From a virus (taxonomy: Duplodnaviria; Caudoviricetes): a DNA stretch of 55,732 nucleotides. The translations under genes were made by a program, and so were the position numbers. The notes under the pieces are model-generated. The model saw only the letters and a list, made by a program, of their open reading frames with translations. It searched no databases and was not told the DNA's origin. This document shows, piece by piece, positions 10,268-19,683 of this stretch (positions are counted from its first letter, which is position 1; each line of letters opens with the position of its first letter). The stretch lies in IMG/VR virus record IMGVR_UViG_3300021959_000051, positions 1 to 55,732 of that record; one strand, 5' to 3'.

Positions 10268-11373
10268 TAAGGTTCTCCAAATGGGTTTGATTCAGAGAAG
10301 TCTAAGAAGTCAGTTAGAGTATCAAAGTATTCGTTTTGTTCATTAGAAGACGCTCCTATATTATCTGTCACACTAGTTACAATTGCTCCTTTATCTGTTG
10401 TTCTATCTCTAATAATAATACCAACCTCTGGTGTCTTATACTTACCATCATCAGAATAAAATTGAGAAACTGTAAGAGTGTTATTTGACTCGTTCCAGTT
10501 TTGTATAACTGATATTAGCCTATTACCATCAGCTTGTACTTGTATAGAATCTTCTCCGATCTCAAATAAGGCTGGAAGCGGCGGACTTATAGTCACAGTA
10601 GGAGCAGAAGAAAAGGGAGATCCAGCACTAGTGATTGTAATCCCTGTTAAAGCTCCTGCTGAACTAATCGTAGCCTCAACCACTGCGTTATTACTTGGAG
10701 AGAGTACAACTGTAGGAGGTACAGTATAACCAGCCCCAGGGTTAGTAACTGTAAACCCTGTTAACACACCAGATTCATTAATTGTAGAAGTAACAGCTGC
10801 TGTAGTTTTAGTGGTGTTTAAAACCATAGAATAGGTATAAGCATAGTCCGCTTGAATATCATCTATCTCATCATTACCTGTACTAATATTTTCATTTCCG
10901 TATTCAAATAGCTCACATCGCAATTTATAGGTTGGAAGGTTTTGTAACTGGTAAAATGGCTGTTCATGTTCTACATGGGTTATTTCAAAAAGCTTTTTAG
11001 AAAAGGGTATGTATAGCACATCCCCCTCTGCCGGTCTCTGTATTGTAATTTCATTATCGTATCGTTGTACAGTACTTTCCCACCTACGTCTTGAAACTAT
11101 AAAAGTAGCTTGATCTCTAATCTCTACTCCAAACTTAGTAAACAGATCTCCTTCACCGTCAAATCCGTCCACATTTTCAATATACATTTCAAGCTTATAG
11201 GAAGAGTTAAACCTGGATGGAATATCTTCTCCGAGTAATCTGTCCTCTGCTAGAATATCTCTTGGAAGGTAATAGATGTCTTGACCATACATTTTTAATG
11301 ACTCTATGACTATATCCTCAAAGAGTCTTTGTTCTGATCTTACTGATTGACTAAAGTATGGATTAGTTGCCAT
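10267..11373 (-). CDS. g14: Neck protein gp14 with an internal low-complexity beta-strand insertion
   Basis: ESLKMYGQDIYYLPR, FTKFGVEIRDQATF, DFSESNPFG motifs; insert with VTNPGAGYTVPPTV-type repeats. Confidence 0.94.
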   Translation of the reverse strand: MATNPYFSQSVRSEQRLFEDIVIESLKMYGQDIYYLPRDILAEDRLLGEDIPSRFNSSYKLEMYIENVDGFDGEGDLFTKFGVEIRDQATFIVSRRRWESTVQRYDNEITIQRPAEGDVLYIPFSKKLFEITHVEHEQPFYQLQNLPTYKLRCELFEYGNENISTGNDEIDDIQADYAYTYSMVLNTTKTTAAVTSTINESGVLTGFTVTNPGAGYTVPPTVVLSPSNNAVVEATISSAGALTGITITSAGSPFSSAPTVTISPPLPALFEIGEDSIQVQADGNRLISVIQNWNESNNTLTVSQFYSDDGKYKTPEVGIIIRDRTTDKGAIVTSVTDNIGASSNEQNEYFDTLTDFLDFSESNPFGEP

Positions 11374-11377
11374 TATT

Positions 11378-12130
11378 TTATCCTACAAAGAAGTCAGCTG
11401 GCATCTCGTGTTCAAGTCTAATAGACTCTCTTAAACGATCGATATCACCTGTTGCGTCATCGTATATCTGTCTACCATTTAGCATAACTCCTCCTGGAAG
11501 CTGCATACCTTCAAACTTCATAAGGTTAGCACCCCACTGTTGTTTAATAAGAGCAGTTGTATACTCCTTAAGCCATATATCATTATAAACTTTAGTATGT
11601 GTATTAGCATTTATTGCTTCGTATATTTCCGCTACAATGTAATCACCTTCTTTAAGATCACCATCTTGAAACTCACCATGAATATAAAGTCTATTCTGCT
11701 TTCTAGCAAAAGTAATCTGAGGGTTACCGTTTAATCTCATATCAAGTAGAGACAGATATTGCTGCATTTGTTCGTAATATGCAAGGTCGCCAATATAAGA
11801 ATGCATGTTAGCGATATCATTTAAGTGTAGCTGATATTTAACATCAAAGAAGTTTCTTGTAGACGCATCTCCGTGCACCTTAAACATTCTGGAAACAAAC
11901 TGCACACTATCACTTAAAGTAATATACTGGTTCGTTACATCTGTAGCTGTTACTTGATGCTTGAGAAATGTTCTTAGAGTAGCATCTGAATGAAACTCTT
12001 GATAGTATTGAATGGCTTCGTCCACACGGTCTTCCTGCTGGTCAGGATCTACATTAATCTCGATCACAGGGTCGCCTAATCTACGAAGACAATATTCTAT
12101 GAGTGTAGCTCTTGATGTTGGATTTGCCAT
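11378..12130 (-). CDS. g13: Neck protein gp13
   Basis: YCLRRLGDPVIEINV and KQQWGANLMKFEGMQLPGGVMLNG motifs. Confidence 0.96.
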   Translation of the reverse strand: MANPTSRATLIEYCLRRLGDPVIEINVDPDQQEDRVDEAIQYYQEFHSDATLRTFLKHQVTATDVTNQYITLSDSVQFVSRMFKVHGDASTRNFFDVKYQLHLNDIANMHSYIGDLAYYEQMQQYLSLLDMRLNGNPQITFARKQNRLYIHGEFQDGDLKEGDYIVAEIYEAINANTHTKVYNDIWLKEYTTALIKQQWGANLMKFEGMQLPGGVMLNGRQIYDDATGDIDRLRESIRLEHEMPADFFVG

Positions 12131-12157
12131 TTTGTTTTCCTCTAACTCCGTTAGATG

Positions 12158-12165
12158 TATTTATA
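12158..12165 (-). promoter_or_regulatory. Late promoter TATAAATA upstream of g13
   Basis: Exact motif, intergenic, 28 nt upstream of ATG. Confidence 0.85.
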
Positions 12166-12168
12166 AGG

Positions 12169-12528
12169 TTAAGATGCTACTATTATTTGACCTGCCATCG
12201 AGGAGTGATTTTCACAATTATAATAATAAGTTCCGGCTGATGTAGGAGCAAATAGAATATACCCATCAGTTTTACCAGTATTAGCAAATATAGTTGAGCC
12301 TGTTACAGCATTACTTGTCCCAGTAGAATTCGACGTTTTAATCCAAAATGGGTGTCCAGTGGTATTTTTTATAATAAACTTAATAATAGAGTTCGCAGCC
12401 ATATTAATAGTCTTATTATTTGTATCTCCAAAAGAGCCGTTAGTATCCCAACCTTTAAGTATATAAACACCTGACCCTGCTTTCACTTCTACATCGTACC
12501 CTTCATGTACAAGATTTTGAGTTGCCAT
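12169..12528 (-). CDS. Cupredoxin-like domain protein
   Basis: GHPFWI...GTYYYNCENHSSMAGQIIV gives H...C-x2-H-x2-M, a type-1 copper ligand pattern. Confidence 0.75.
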   Translation of the reverse strand: MATQNLVHEGYDVEVKAGSGVYILKGWDTNGSFGDTNNKTINMAANSIIKFIIKNTTGHPFWIKTSNSTGTSNAVTGSTIFANTGKTDGYILFAPTSAGTYYYNCENHSSMAGQIIVAS

Positions 12529-12923
12529 TATGATTGACTCCAGATTAAAGTACTGCCAACATAAACATGAGTAAACTGTGAGCTTCCTAAATAAATGCTA
12601 TCAATTGTTGTACTTCCTATTTTTAAATTACGAGTAGCAGATCCTCCTCCTCCTTGGCCTTGTTGAGGAGCAGCTCCGTGTTCTGCAGTAGCGCTAAATA
12701 AAGGCCGAATAAAACCCAGATTTGGTTTATCATCTCTTACAGCAGATAAATCTGACCAGTTTTTATTAGCACTACTATGCTTAGCATGAATTGCTTTTCT
12801 AGCTTGTACTCCTGCTTTAGTAACATCAGAAACATACATAAAACCGACATCAATGCCAATTAATGTACTATTGAATGGACGATTGCCGGTGCCGTTAAGA
12901 AAAGAATATGAAGGAACTGCCAT
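12528..12923 (-). CDS. Hypothetical tail/fibre-associated protein
   Basis: 131 aa; Gly linker then NLKIGSTTIDSIYLGSSQFTHVYVGSTLIW, a motif type common in phage tail proteins; coupled to neighbours. Confidence 0.6.
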   Translation of the reverse strand: MAVPSYSFLNGTGNRPFNSTLIGIDVGFMYVSDVTKAGVQARKAIHAKHSSANKNWSDLSAVRDDKPNLGFIRPLFSATAEHGAAPQQGQGGGGSATRNLKIGSTTIDSIYLGSSQFTHVYVGSTLIWSQS

Positions 12924-12924
12924 T

Positions 12925-14934
12925 TTAAGTTATTTGTGTTAAGTCTAACTGATTAAATATTACATTACCAACAGTATTATTTCCAGATGCTTTAATTACT
13001 TCACAAAAAGCCCACATGTATTTTGGAGAAATATCTACCAACGATGATGAAGAAATAGTTTGTGCAAAAACCGCTGTAGTGGATGTAGTAGTCGGTGATT
13101 CATATGGTCCTAATTTATAGTTATTACTGTAAGCATATGTATTCCCACTAGCACCTAATGCTTTATCTTGAATATAGTATAAAGTTATTCTAAACGTAAC
13201 ACCTAAACCAGAAGTATGACTAACATCCCAATTCAATCTTAAATCATTAGAAGAATAATCAGGAATTTGTAATGCATAATTATCTGAATATGTCTTACCA
13301 GCATTGTTATTAAAGAAATGCCATACTAATTTATTGCTATTTGATGGACTATTAAATTGAGCAATTGAAGGTCCTGCGTTACTTTCTGGACTGACTAAAG
13401 TTAATGGTCTACGATCTTTATTGTTTCGTAATACTGTTACTTTCCATGGTAATCTATCACCGGGATCTTGATTAAAATTAAGTGGATTTCCTTGAGCTAA
13501 CTCTAACGATGAATCAGCCAAGTCTAAGTTTGGAGAAAATGCTCTATAAGTTGTATCAGTGGTAGCTGCTGAAAAAATATTACTTGCATCCGATACAAGC
13601 TTGTATTGTTGATTGTTCAAATTGCTAAAGTTATAGTTGCTATTTGGATTATTTCCTAATCCACCATAACCAGTATTTTCTTCAACATACTGGTTATAAC
13701 TAAAAGAAGGAGCGTGTGTACTTACTGTTCCTTCAGTTATATTAATTGTTTTATAATTTGAATTGTAATTCTGCATCAAATGGCCTGTATCATATTTAGA
13801 ATGATGATAGCCATCTCTAAATGTTAAATTAAAAGTTCCTGGGTAATTACTGCCATTGTTTTGATCATGAAATCTCCAGCCATACTGCCCATCTGTATAT
13901 TTAATATAAGCATTCATAGTTCTTGTTGTTGTATTACTATAACTGTTTGTTTGGCTCTGAGTGGGCCAATAAGCATAATGGTTTTGACTGCTATAGCCCA
14001 TAGTCCATCTATTTAAGTCAAAGTTATAGGTGTGTTTATTTGTATCATTTTCGCCATCATTATTCATGTAATGATAAAAGTAACTATAACCACCTGTGCC
14101 AACATGGCCGATGTCAATATCACCGTTACTATATATGTAAACACCATATCCTGGCATGTAAGAAGCTCCTTTAAATGCTTCTAACTTTATATCTCCTCCG
14201 TAAATGTAAGGGTTTTGATATTGTGAAACAGCAATTATTAAAGTATTCCTACAATCCCAGTTAACACATCCCATTTCATTGTTTCCACTACCACCCCATC
14301 TCCATGTGTCCGAAGAGTCAGATCTATTAGAATTACTATGAATAATAGTCATACCCCCAGTTTGAGACGTTTCACTTACCCATCCAGCTGTTACAGTAAT
14401 ACCGTGGCGCCCGATCCCGCTGGTTCCTCCTGACATACTAGACGGTTTTAAAAAATACATATTTGTATTGTTTTGGTTTTCTGTATAAATTGTACTCTGT
14501 GAAATACTTTTATCTTCATCCATAACATAAATGCCACCAGTATCTAATAAAGGAAAATGCTCATTCCAAGTGCTTTGGCCTGGTGGAAATCGAAAATTAT
14601 TATATGAAGAATATTGAGCCTTATAATATTTCTCACCTGTGTTTTTTCTTAACGCATACATAAACCGTCTATTAAATGTTGCATGGCTGTATTGGGATGG
14701 ATTATTTGGCGTGCTTGTCCAAGCTTGCTGAGTTCCAAAAAAGTCGTTAAAAGGTAAACCTTTAAATCTTACCTCATCTCCAGATGCTAAAGTGCCTAAT
14801 TTGGTGGAAGAGCTATTATGTAACAAATGGGATAACTTCCATGGTGAAGCATATGTACCACTGCCGTTTCCAGTTGTTCCATGAATACCACCGCCTGATG
14901 ATTCTAAATAAGGATCTACCCAATAAACAGTCAT
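12925..14934 (-). CDS. Putative receptor-binding / tail-spike protein (N/S/Y-rich, beta-rich)
   Basis: 669 aa; N-terminus YWVDP...GSGTYASPWKL resembles the cap of right-handed beta-helix proteins. Confidence 0.55.
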   Translation of the reverse strand: MTVYWVDPYLESSGGGIHGTTGNGSGTYASPWKLSHLLHNSSSTKLGTLASGDEVRFKGLPFNDFFGTQQAWTSTPNNPSQYSHATFNRRFMYALRKNTGEKYYKAQYSSYNNFRFPPGQSTWNEHFPLLDTGGIYVMDEDKSISQSTIYTENQNNTNMYFLKPSSMSGGTSGIGRHGITVTAGWVSETSQTGGMTIIHSNSNRSDSSDTWRWGGSGNNEMGCVNWDCRNTLIIAVSQYQNPYIYGGDIKLEAFKGASYMPGYGVYIYSNGDIDIGHVGTGGYSYFYHYMNNDGENDTNKHTYNFDLNRWTMGYSSQNHYAYWPTQSQTNSYSNTTTRTMNAYIKYTDGQYGWRFHDQNNGSNYPGTFNLTFRDGYHHSKYDTGHLMQNYNSNYKTINITEGTVSTHAPSFSYNQYVEENTGYGGLGNNPNSNYNFSNLNNQQYKLVSDASNIFSAATTDTTYRAFSPNLDLADSSLELAQGNPLNFNQDPGDRLPWKVTVLRNNKDRRPLTLVSPESNAGPSIAQFNSPSNSNKLVWHFFNNNAGKTYSDNYALQIPDYSSNDLRLNWDVSHTSGLGVTFRITLYYIQDKALGASGNTYAYSNNYKLGPYESPTTTSTTAVFAQTISSSSLVDISPKYMWAFCEVIKASGNNTVGNVIFNQLDLTQIT

Positions 14935-15167
14935 TACGATATCTCCTCTATAATTGCATCGTTTACTTTAGCTTGTGTGATTGCCCAACGTTCGCCATCT
15001 TCTATTTCAACTGAAATTGTTCTTGTTACTGTTGTAGTTTCCCCATCACTATCGGTGTATTTCATAGGAACATAGACTTCCACACGATCATTCTCATCAG
15101 AAAAATATTGATGTTCATAAGCAGAGAAATTTTCAGGAATGTATTTAGAAAGTAATTTATACGGCAT
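14934..15167 (-). CDS. Hypothetical protein
   Basis: 77-aa ORF with TAATG coupling to the downstream gene. Confidence 0.7.
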   Translation of the reverse strand: MPYKLLSKYIPENFSAYEHQYFSDENDRVEVYVPMKYTDSDGETTTVTRTISVEIEDGERWAITQAKVNDAIIEEIS

Positions 15168-15171
15168 TTTA

Positions 15172-15753
15172 TTATCCTGTTACGAAATAGATTGTATTAG
15201 CATCTGGAGAGCCAGGCAAAGAGGCTACAACTTCAAGTGCATAGCCTTTAATAGCTTTACCAGTAACATATATGTTACCTACCATTGATGCGTGATTGGT
15301 ACATTGATATACTAGGGTGTCAGGTGCATCCATAGGTACAGTAAATGATACCTTAGCACTACTAGCTCCTGTTACTCCAGATGTATATGCTGAACCTCCA
15401 TTAGAGACTCTAATTGCTAATGGATGAGATGAATATGATGAGTTGTGGATACAATAGGTTTTACCTCTTTCAAAATACATATCAGGGTTGCTACCTGATT
15501 CCGAAGGAAACCCGTCTCCTGTAAATTTATATACATTGCTTCCTGCTGTACTTACAGTTATTACAGCATCTGGCATGCCAGTTTCGTCACCAAGCTTAGA
15601 AGTTAATTGAGCTTCCAACCCGGTAAGATTGGAAGCTTCCATTTGTGACACGCCTAGTTTTTTAAACTTTCGGCCATCCCATTTATAACCAACCCCATTA
15701 GTAGTAACAGACTGGTTTAATGATTTTGAACTTGGAAATTTTATCTTGGGCAT
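15172..15753 (-). CDS. Virion fibre-type protein with a cupredoxin-like domain
   Basis: N-terminal FPSS...GYKWDG fibre motif; SHPLAIR...LVYQCTNHASMVGNIYV; C-terminal LPGSPDANTIYFV; own late promoter. Confidence 0.7.
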   Translation of the reverse strand: MPKIKFPSSKSLNQSVTTNGVGYKWDGRKFKKLGVSQMEASNLTGLEAQLTSKLGDETGMPDAVITVSTAGSNVYKFTGDGFPSESGSNPDMYFERGKTYCIHNSSYSSHPLAIRVSNGGSAYTSGVTGASSAKVSFTVPMDAPDTLVYQCTNHASMVGNIYVTGKAIKGYALEVVASLPGSPDANTIYFVTG

Positions 15754-15776
15754 TGTAAAACCTTTCTAATTAACAG

Positions 15777-15784
15777 TATTTATA
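15777..15784 (-). promoter_or_regulatory. Late promoter TATAAATA overlapping the FkbM stop codon
   Basis: Exact motif 24 nt upstream of ATG 15753. Confidence 0.8.
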
Positions 15785-16388
15785 AGGTTTGGAATAGCCA
15801 ATCGCTCTGAATAAGTCGATCATTTACATATGAATTATCAATTAAATCAACCGGGACGAAATTAATTTTGTTCATATAGTTAAATACATCAGAAATTAAA
15901 GGTGCACCTTCGTTATAATGTACGTATGAGCACTCTAAAAGAATAAATCTAGGTTTTGTTTTTAACAAGTTTTTTGCACCATCAAGGATTAACAACTCTG
16001 ATCCCTGGGTATCTATTTTTATAAAATCAACTGGATCAGTAACAAAACTATCTAGTTGTTTCATTTGTCTAAGCTGTGGTTTAGAATCTCTATAAAACTC
16101 TGTATTTTCTTTAAACACAGAAGTCCCTGTGGTAGATCCCCATCCACTATCATCTATTGTAAAAAGCTCAACCGTTTTTTCAGTATCACCTAATACTTCA
16201 AAAACAGCATCTGATTGCAGATACTGTTCATTACGCTTATCAGCTTCAAATTGTTGAACATGACAAGAAGGCCAAACAGACTTTAGAATAGTAGTAAACT
16301 CACCTCTATAAGCACCAATATCTAAAGCCTGTTTAACTTCTACTCCGGTTCTTTTTAAATAAAAGAACCTTTCTATAAAGCCATGCAT
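15780..16388 (-). CDS. FkbM-family SAM-dependent methyltransferase
   Basis: LDIGAYRGEFT, QFEAD, FIKIDTQGSEL motifs. Confidence 0.9.
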   Translation of the reverse strand: MHGFIERFFYLKRTGVEVKQALDIGAYRGEFTTILKSVWPSCHVQQFEADKRNEQYLQSDAVFEVLGDTEKTVELFTIDDSGWGSTTGTSVFKENTEFYRDSKPQLRQMKQLDSFVTDPVDFIKIDTQGSELLILDGAKNLLKTKPRFILLECSYVHYNEGAPLISDVFNYMNKINFVPVDLIDNSYVNDRLIQSDWLFQTL

Positions 16389-16630
16389 TACTCTTCTGCG
16401 AGTTCTTCCGCTACATTATCATCTGAAGCTTCTAAAGAACCTGATAGACTATTAACAAAGAATTGCCGTGCTGCTTGAAGCTGAGCCATTTCCATATTTA
16501 AGTTACTAACCTTATTATCAAGATTGCCAATTTGCTGCAGCATACCCTTTTGCTCATCTGTCAGATCCTCAACAGCATATTCATTATCGTTGATTGTGAT
16601 CATTTGTTTTTGTGTCGGTTCTTCAGCCAT
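16388..16630 (-). CDS. Small coiled-coil protein (DUF6447-like)
   Basis: ITINDNEYAVEDLTDEQK followed by heptads. Confidence 0.6.
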   Translation of the reverse strand: MAEEPTQKQMITINDNEYAVEDLTDEQKGMLQQIGNLDNKVSNLNMEMAQLQAARQFFVNSLSGSLEASDDNVAEELAEE

Positions 16631-17525
16631 TTGTTGTTACCTCGTTTATTAGCTGTTGCCATTGATATTGTCTTGTTCCCCAAGACCAATGATTTAAATA
16701 ATACTTATACTGACTTTTACGCCAATTATAATTATCCCAATATGTGTCGATAGCATTATTCAATATCTTTGAATATCTATCAACGATGTTATTACAAAGT
16801 GGGACGTAGTCCGCCCACGTCCCACAGGTTTCATAAAGCGCTCCGTAGTTAGTAGTAACTACCTTACATCCACTAGATAATGCTTCTATTGCCGAAAGGC
16901 AACTAGTTTCTTCAAAAACTGATGGGTAAGCAAGTATATGAGCGTCTTGAACTGCTTCCCTAACTATATTGTTAGGTGCATATTCGACATGGTTGTATCC
17001 AAGTTCTTTTATTGTGTTATATATCTGATCAAATTGACCCTTTGTTTGCTCTGCAAAGCTAGGACCGTATATAGATGTACCAGAGTATATATCTACTTCA
17101 ATGTCAGATCTATTAATATTTTTTAGAACTTCTAATAGTAAATGTAGACCTCTCCATGGAGTTGACGTATAAATTAATTTAATTTTATCTTTTGGCTTAT
17201 CTTTCCACTCAAACTCTGGCACTGCGTTTTGAATAACATAACAATCTATATCATCTAAAGGAAAGTTTTTTCTAAATTGTTCATGTTGCCAATGAGAAAC
17301 AAACACTATAGCGTCTAGTCTTTTCGTATATTCAGGCTCTTTAAGACCTTTAGCATTCTCTTCATTAATATTTAAATGCTGCCATAGTACATTAGGTTTA
17401 GTATCTGATAAAAGGTCTGGATGACAGATAGACAATATAAGATTAATATCAGAAAAGTCAACTCTTTTTGATAGATTATTATAAAGTAATTCAGTACCGC
17501 CGATCGGACTACTTGGTTTCTGCAT
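16623..17525 (-). CDS. Glycosyltransferase, GT-B fold (GT4-like)
   Basis: GGTE, FVSHWQ, IYTSTPWRGL, YPSVFEETSCLSAIEALSSG (E-x7-E) motifs. Confidence 0.9.
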   Translation of the reverse strand: MQKPSSPIGGTELLYNNLSKRVDFSDINLILSICHPDLLSDTKPNVLWQHLNINEENAKGLKEPEYTKRLDAIVFVSHWQHEQFRKNFPLDDIDCYVIQNAVPEFEWKDKPKDKIKLIYTSTPWRGLHLLLEVLKNINRSDIEVDIYSGTSIYGPSFAEQTKGQFDQIYNTIKELGYNHVEYAPNNIVREAVQDAHILAYPSVFEETSCLSAIEALSSGCKVVTTNYGALYETCGTWADYVPLCNNIVDRYSKILNNAIDTYWDNYNWRKSQYKYYLNHWSWGTRQYQWQQLINEVTTNG

Positions 17526-18351
17526 ATAAGAACCTACACTTCTTCAAAGGACTATCCTTTTGTTTCCAAAAGTCATACTCTGCATACATATTAAATAAGT
17601 CAGCAGGAAGGATTGTTTCTCTCTGCTCAAATGTTACATCTTTCCGTACTTTATGTAACCCATCTATTTTAGCATCTGTATCGTAGTTATCGTAAGAAGC
17701 TTCTGTATCATTAAAGTCATGTTCATACCACTCTTCTTCAATAAACTCATATATGTGTTTCATAACCTCTTTTGGATGAGAAGCTAAAACATCATACTCA
17801 ATAAACATAATATTTTCTTGCTCTTCACATGCTGCAGCCTGTTTAACAAAATCTAAAGGACCTTTTACTCTGGCATTTTTATCTGGATATTGTCCCATAA
17901 GCATATGACAACGCTCATAAACAGATGCCCAGTCAATGTGATCATATAATGGTTTTATTTTTAGAGGGTTCTTTCTATGAAGCTTTTCAAAAGAATCTAA
18001 AATCCAAGGTATGCTTCGAACTGTAATAATCATTTTAAAGTCAGGGTATAATTGTTTTAGTAAATGAGTGTCAGCAGCCCACCCTCTACCAGTATTAAAA
18101 CAAACTTCTGTATCATCTTTATAGAAAGCATCGAAGTCTGCTCTCATAAGATCATATAACCTCTCGTCTGGAACTACGTCTGCCATTCCTACATTCATAT
18201 TTACAGCTGTTATCTTACTCTTCACAAAGTCTGCAAGAGGATCTGATATCCCTGCTGTAAATCTAGGATTCTGGTTTAAGATAGTAGAGAGCAGTGTAGA
18301 GCCAGATCGAGGTAACCCCGAAATAAAATTATATTTTTTAGTATTGTTCAT
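17509..18351 (-). CDS. Sulfotransferase-family protein (ATG at 18351 preferred)
   Basis: FISGLPRSGSTLLSTILNQNP 5'-PSB loop; R-x7-S motif (VRSIPWILDSFE). Confidence 0.88.
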   Translation of the reverse strand: MNNTKKYNFISGLPRSGSTLLSTILNQNPRFTAGISDPLADFVKSKITAVNMNVGMADVVPDERLYDLMRADFDAFYKDDTEVCFNTGRGWAADTHLLKQLYPDFKMIITVRSIPWILDSFEKLHRKNPLKIKPLYDHIDWASVYERCHMLMGQYPDKNARVKGPLDFVKQAAACEEQENIMFIEYDVLASHPKEVMKHIYEFIEEEWYEHDFNDTEASYDNYDTDAKIDGLHKVRKDVTFEQRETILPADLFNMYAEYDFWKQKDSPLKKCRFLYAETK

Positions 18352-18718
18352 ATGATTTTTCTTCAACTAAGTCAGATCCAACCTTTAGATTGATATCTTT
18401 TTTTACTTTAGCTCTTTTATCGTTAGTAATATATACTGACCGAGCAAGCTCAATAAACTCTTGATCAAACTCTTTCTTTGATTCCTTTACTCGAATCTTG
18501 TCCTCAATATCCCAGAGCTCTGCATTTATATTTTCAAGAGATTGAAACTCTAATAGAATATCCGGAGCTCCTGCTTTAGAAAGAACACCACTTAGCAACA
18601 CTAACTCTTTCTGTACATTCTCTAGCTTAAGAGGATCTGTTATGTTACGATTCTTAATTCTAAGAATAGTAATCTTATCCACAAGCTCTCCAAGGCTGAT
18701 AGGTGCTTCTACAATCAT
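18338..18718 (-). CDS. DUF6165-like protein
   Basis: PISLGELVDKITILRIK...LWDIEDKIR...LARSVYITNDKRAKVK...EEKSY. Confidence 0.8.
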   Translation of the reverse strand: MIVEAPISLGELVDKITILRIKNRNITDPLKLENVQKELVLLSGVLSKAGAPDILLEFQSLENINAELWDIEDKIRVKESKKEFDQEFIELARSVYITNDKRAKVKKDINLKVGSDLVEEKSYEQY

Positions 18719-19626
18719 TTGTGTGCAAACCTTATTTTATCTTCTTCAGGTCTGCGTCCATGAACTTTATTTACATATGTATCATAAACATCTTGGGCGT
18801 CTACCATAAGATTACGAGGGTCAGCTATATCCATTTTATAGTATGTGTTATATTTCTTCTTATCATGAAATGACATATTATAGTTTTGCATATAACCAAA
18901 CTGTGTCCATCGCGTATTACCCCAAATTACAACTCCGGGAGTTCCTGTAGATGCTGCAAAATGCTGAACACAAGAATCAATACCGATAAATCCCTTTGCA
19001 TTTTTTAACAGCTCATGCAATACAGGAAATGATTTATCACACTTAATAGATCCAGCATAGCCTGGCTCGTTAGGCATACTAGTATCGATGACGGTATGAT
19101 CTGGAAATTTTTCGTTCAATACATTAACTATACTCTGAGAGAAATAAGGATGGTAGTTGCGGCCTGCATTAGAACTAACATATTGATTATTAGGATCCCA
19201 CCCGATAGGGGTTTGACCTCCAGTAAACTGAATCATAATATAATTTTTAATATTATTATCTGACAACCATTTTTGTGTATCTTCCTTTGCCCAGTCAGTA
19301 TACATTCTAGGACGCATACCAGGATCATATTCAATATCGTGTAGCTTACAATATGCTTGTACTAAGTGCCAATCACCTTTAACAAAATTACTTTTGTAAG
19401 GCTCTGAGTAGTAGATATTATCTGATTCTAAAATTCTTGGATCATCTAATGGAATAGATGACTCATCAAAACACATCTTGACAAGAGGATTATCTCTAAA
19501 CACATCAACATAAGGCGTTACAATTTGTACTGGCTCACCAGCTCTTTCAGCTAGTTTAGGTAGAAGCGCTGTAAACATGACGCATTTACCAATACCACCC
19601 TCAACTACATAAGTATCTAAAGACAT
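18715..19626 (-). CDS. GT9-like (heptosyltransferase-like) glycosyltransferase
   Basis: N-terminal GGIGK; C-terminal FIGIDSCVQHFAASTGTPGVVIWG matches the GT9 D-S/T-G-x-x-H-x-A-A pattern. Confidence 0.8.
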   Translation of the reverse strand: MSLDTYVVEGGIGKCVMFTALLPKLAERAGEPVQIVTPYVDVFRDNPLVKMCFDESSIPLDDPRILESDNIYYSEPYKSNFVKGDWHLVQAYCKLHDIEYDPGMRPRMYTDWAKEDTQKWLSDNNIKNYIMIQFTGGQTPIGWDPNNQYVSSNAGRNYHPYFSQSIVNVLNEKFPDHTVIDTSMPNEPGYAGSIKCDKSFPVLHELLKNAKGFIGIDSCVQHFAASTGTPGVVIWGNTRWTQFGYMQNYNMSFHDKKKYNTYYKMDIADPRNLMVDAQDVYDTYVNKVHGRRPEEDKIRFAHK

Positions 19627-19651
19627 AATTTCTCCATTATCAATTCATTCT

Positions 19652-19680
19652 ATTATACTATACCATTATATATAGGTCAA
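19652..19680 (-). promoter_or_regulatory. Sigma70-type promoter TTGACC-N17-TATAAT upstream of enzyme cluster 19626-15780
   Basis: 5/6 -35 (19675-19680), 6/6 -10 (19652-19657), 17-nt spacer, intergenic, followed by GGAG RBS. Confidence 0.8.
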
Positions 19681-19683
19681 GCT

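Noticed and set aside
10550-10810. Intein or mobile insertion in gp14
   Set aside because: The insert is a Ser/Thr/Pro/Gly-rich structural repeat with no intein C/S...HN ends or endonuclease motifs.
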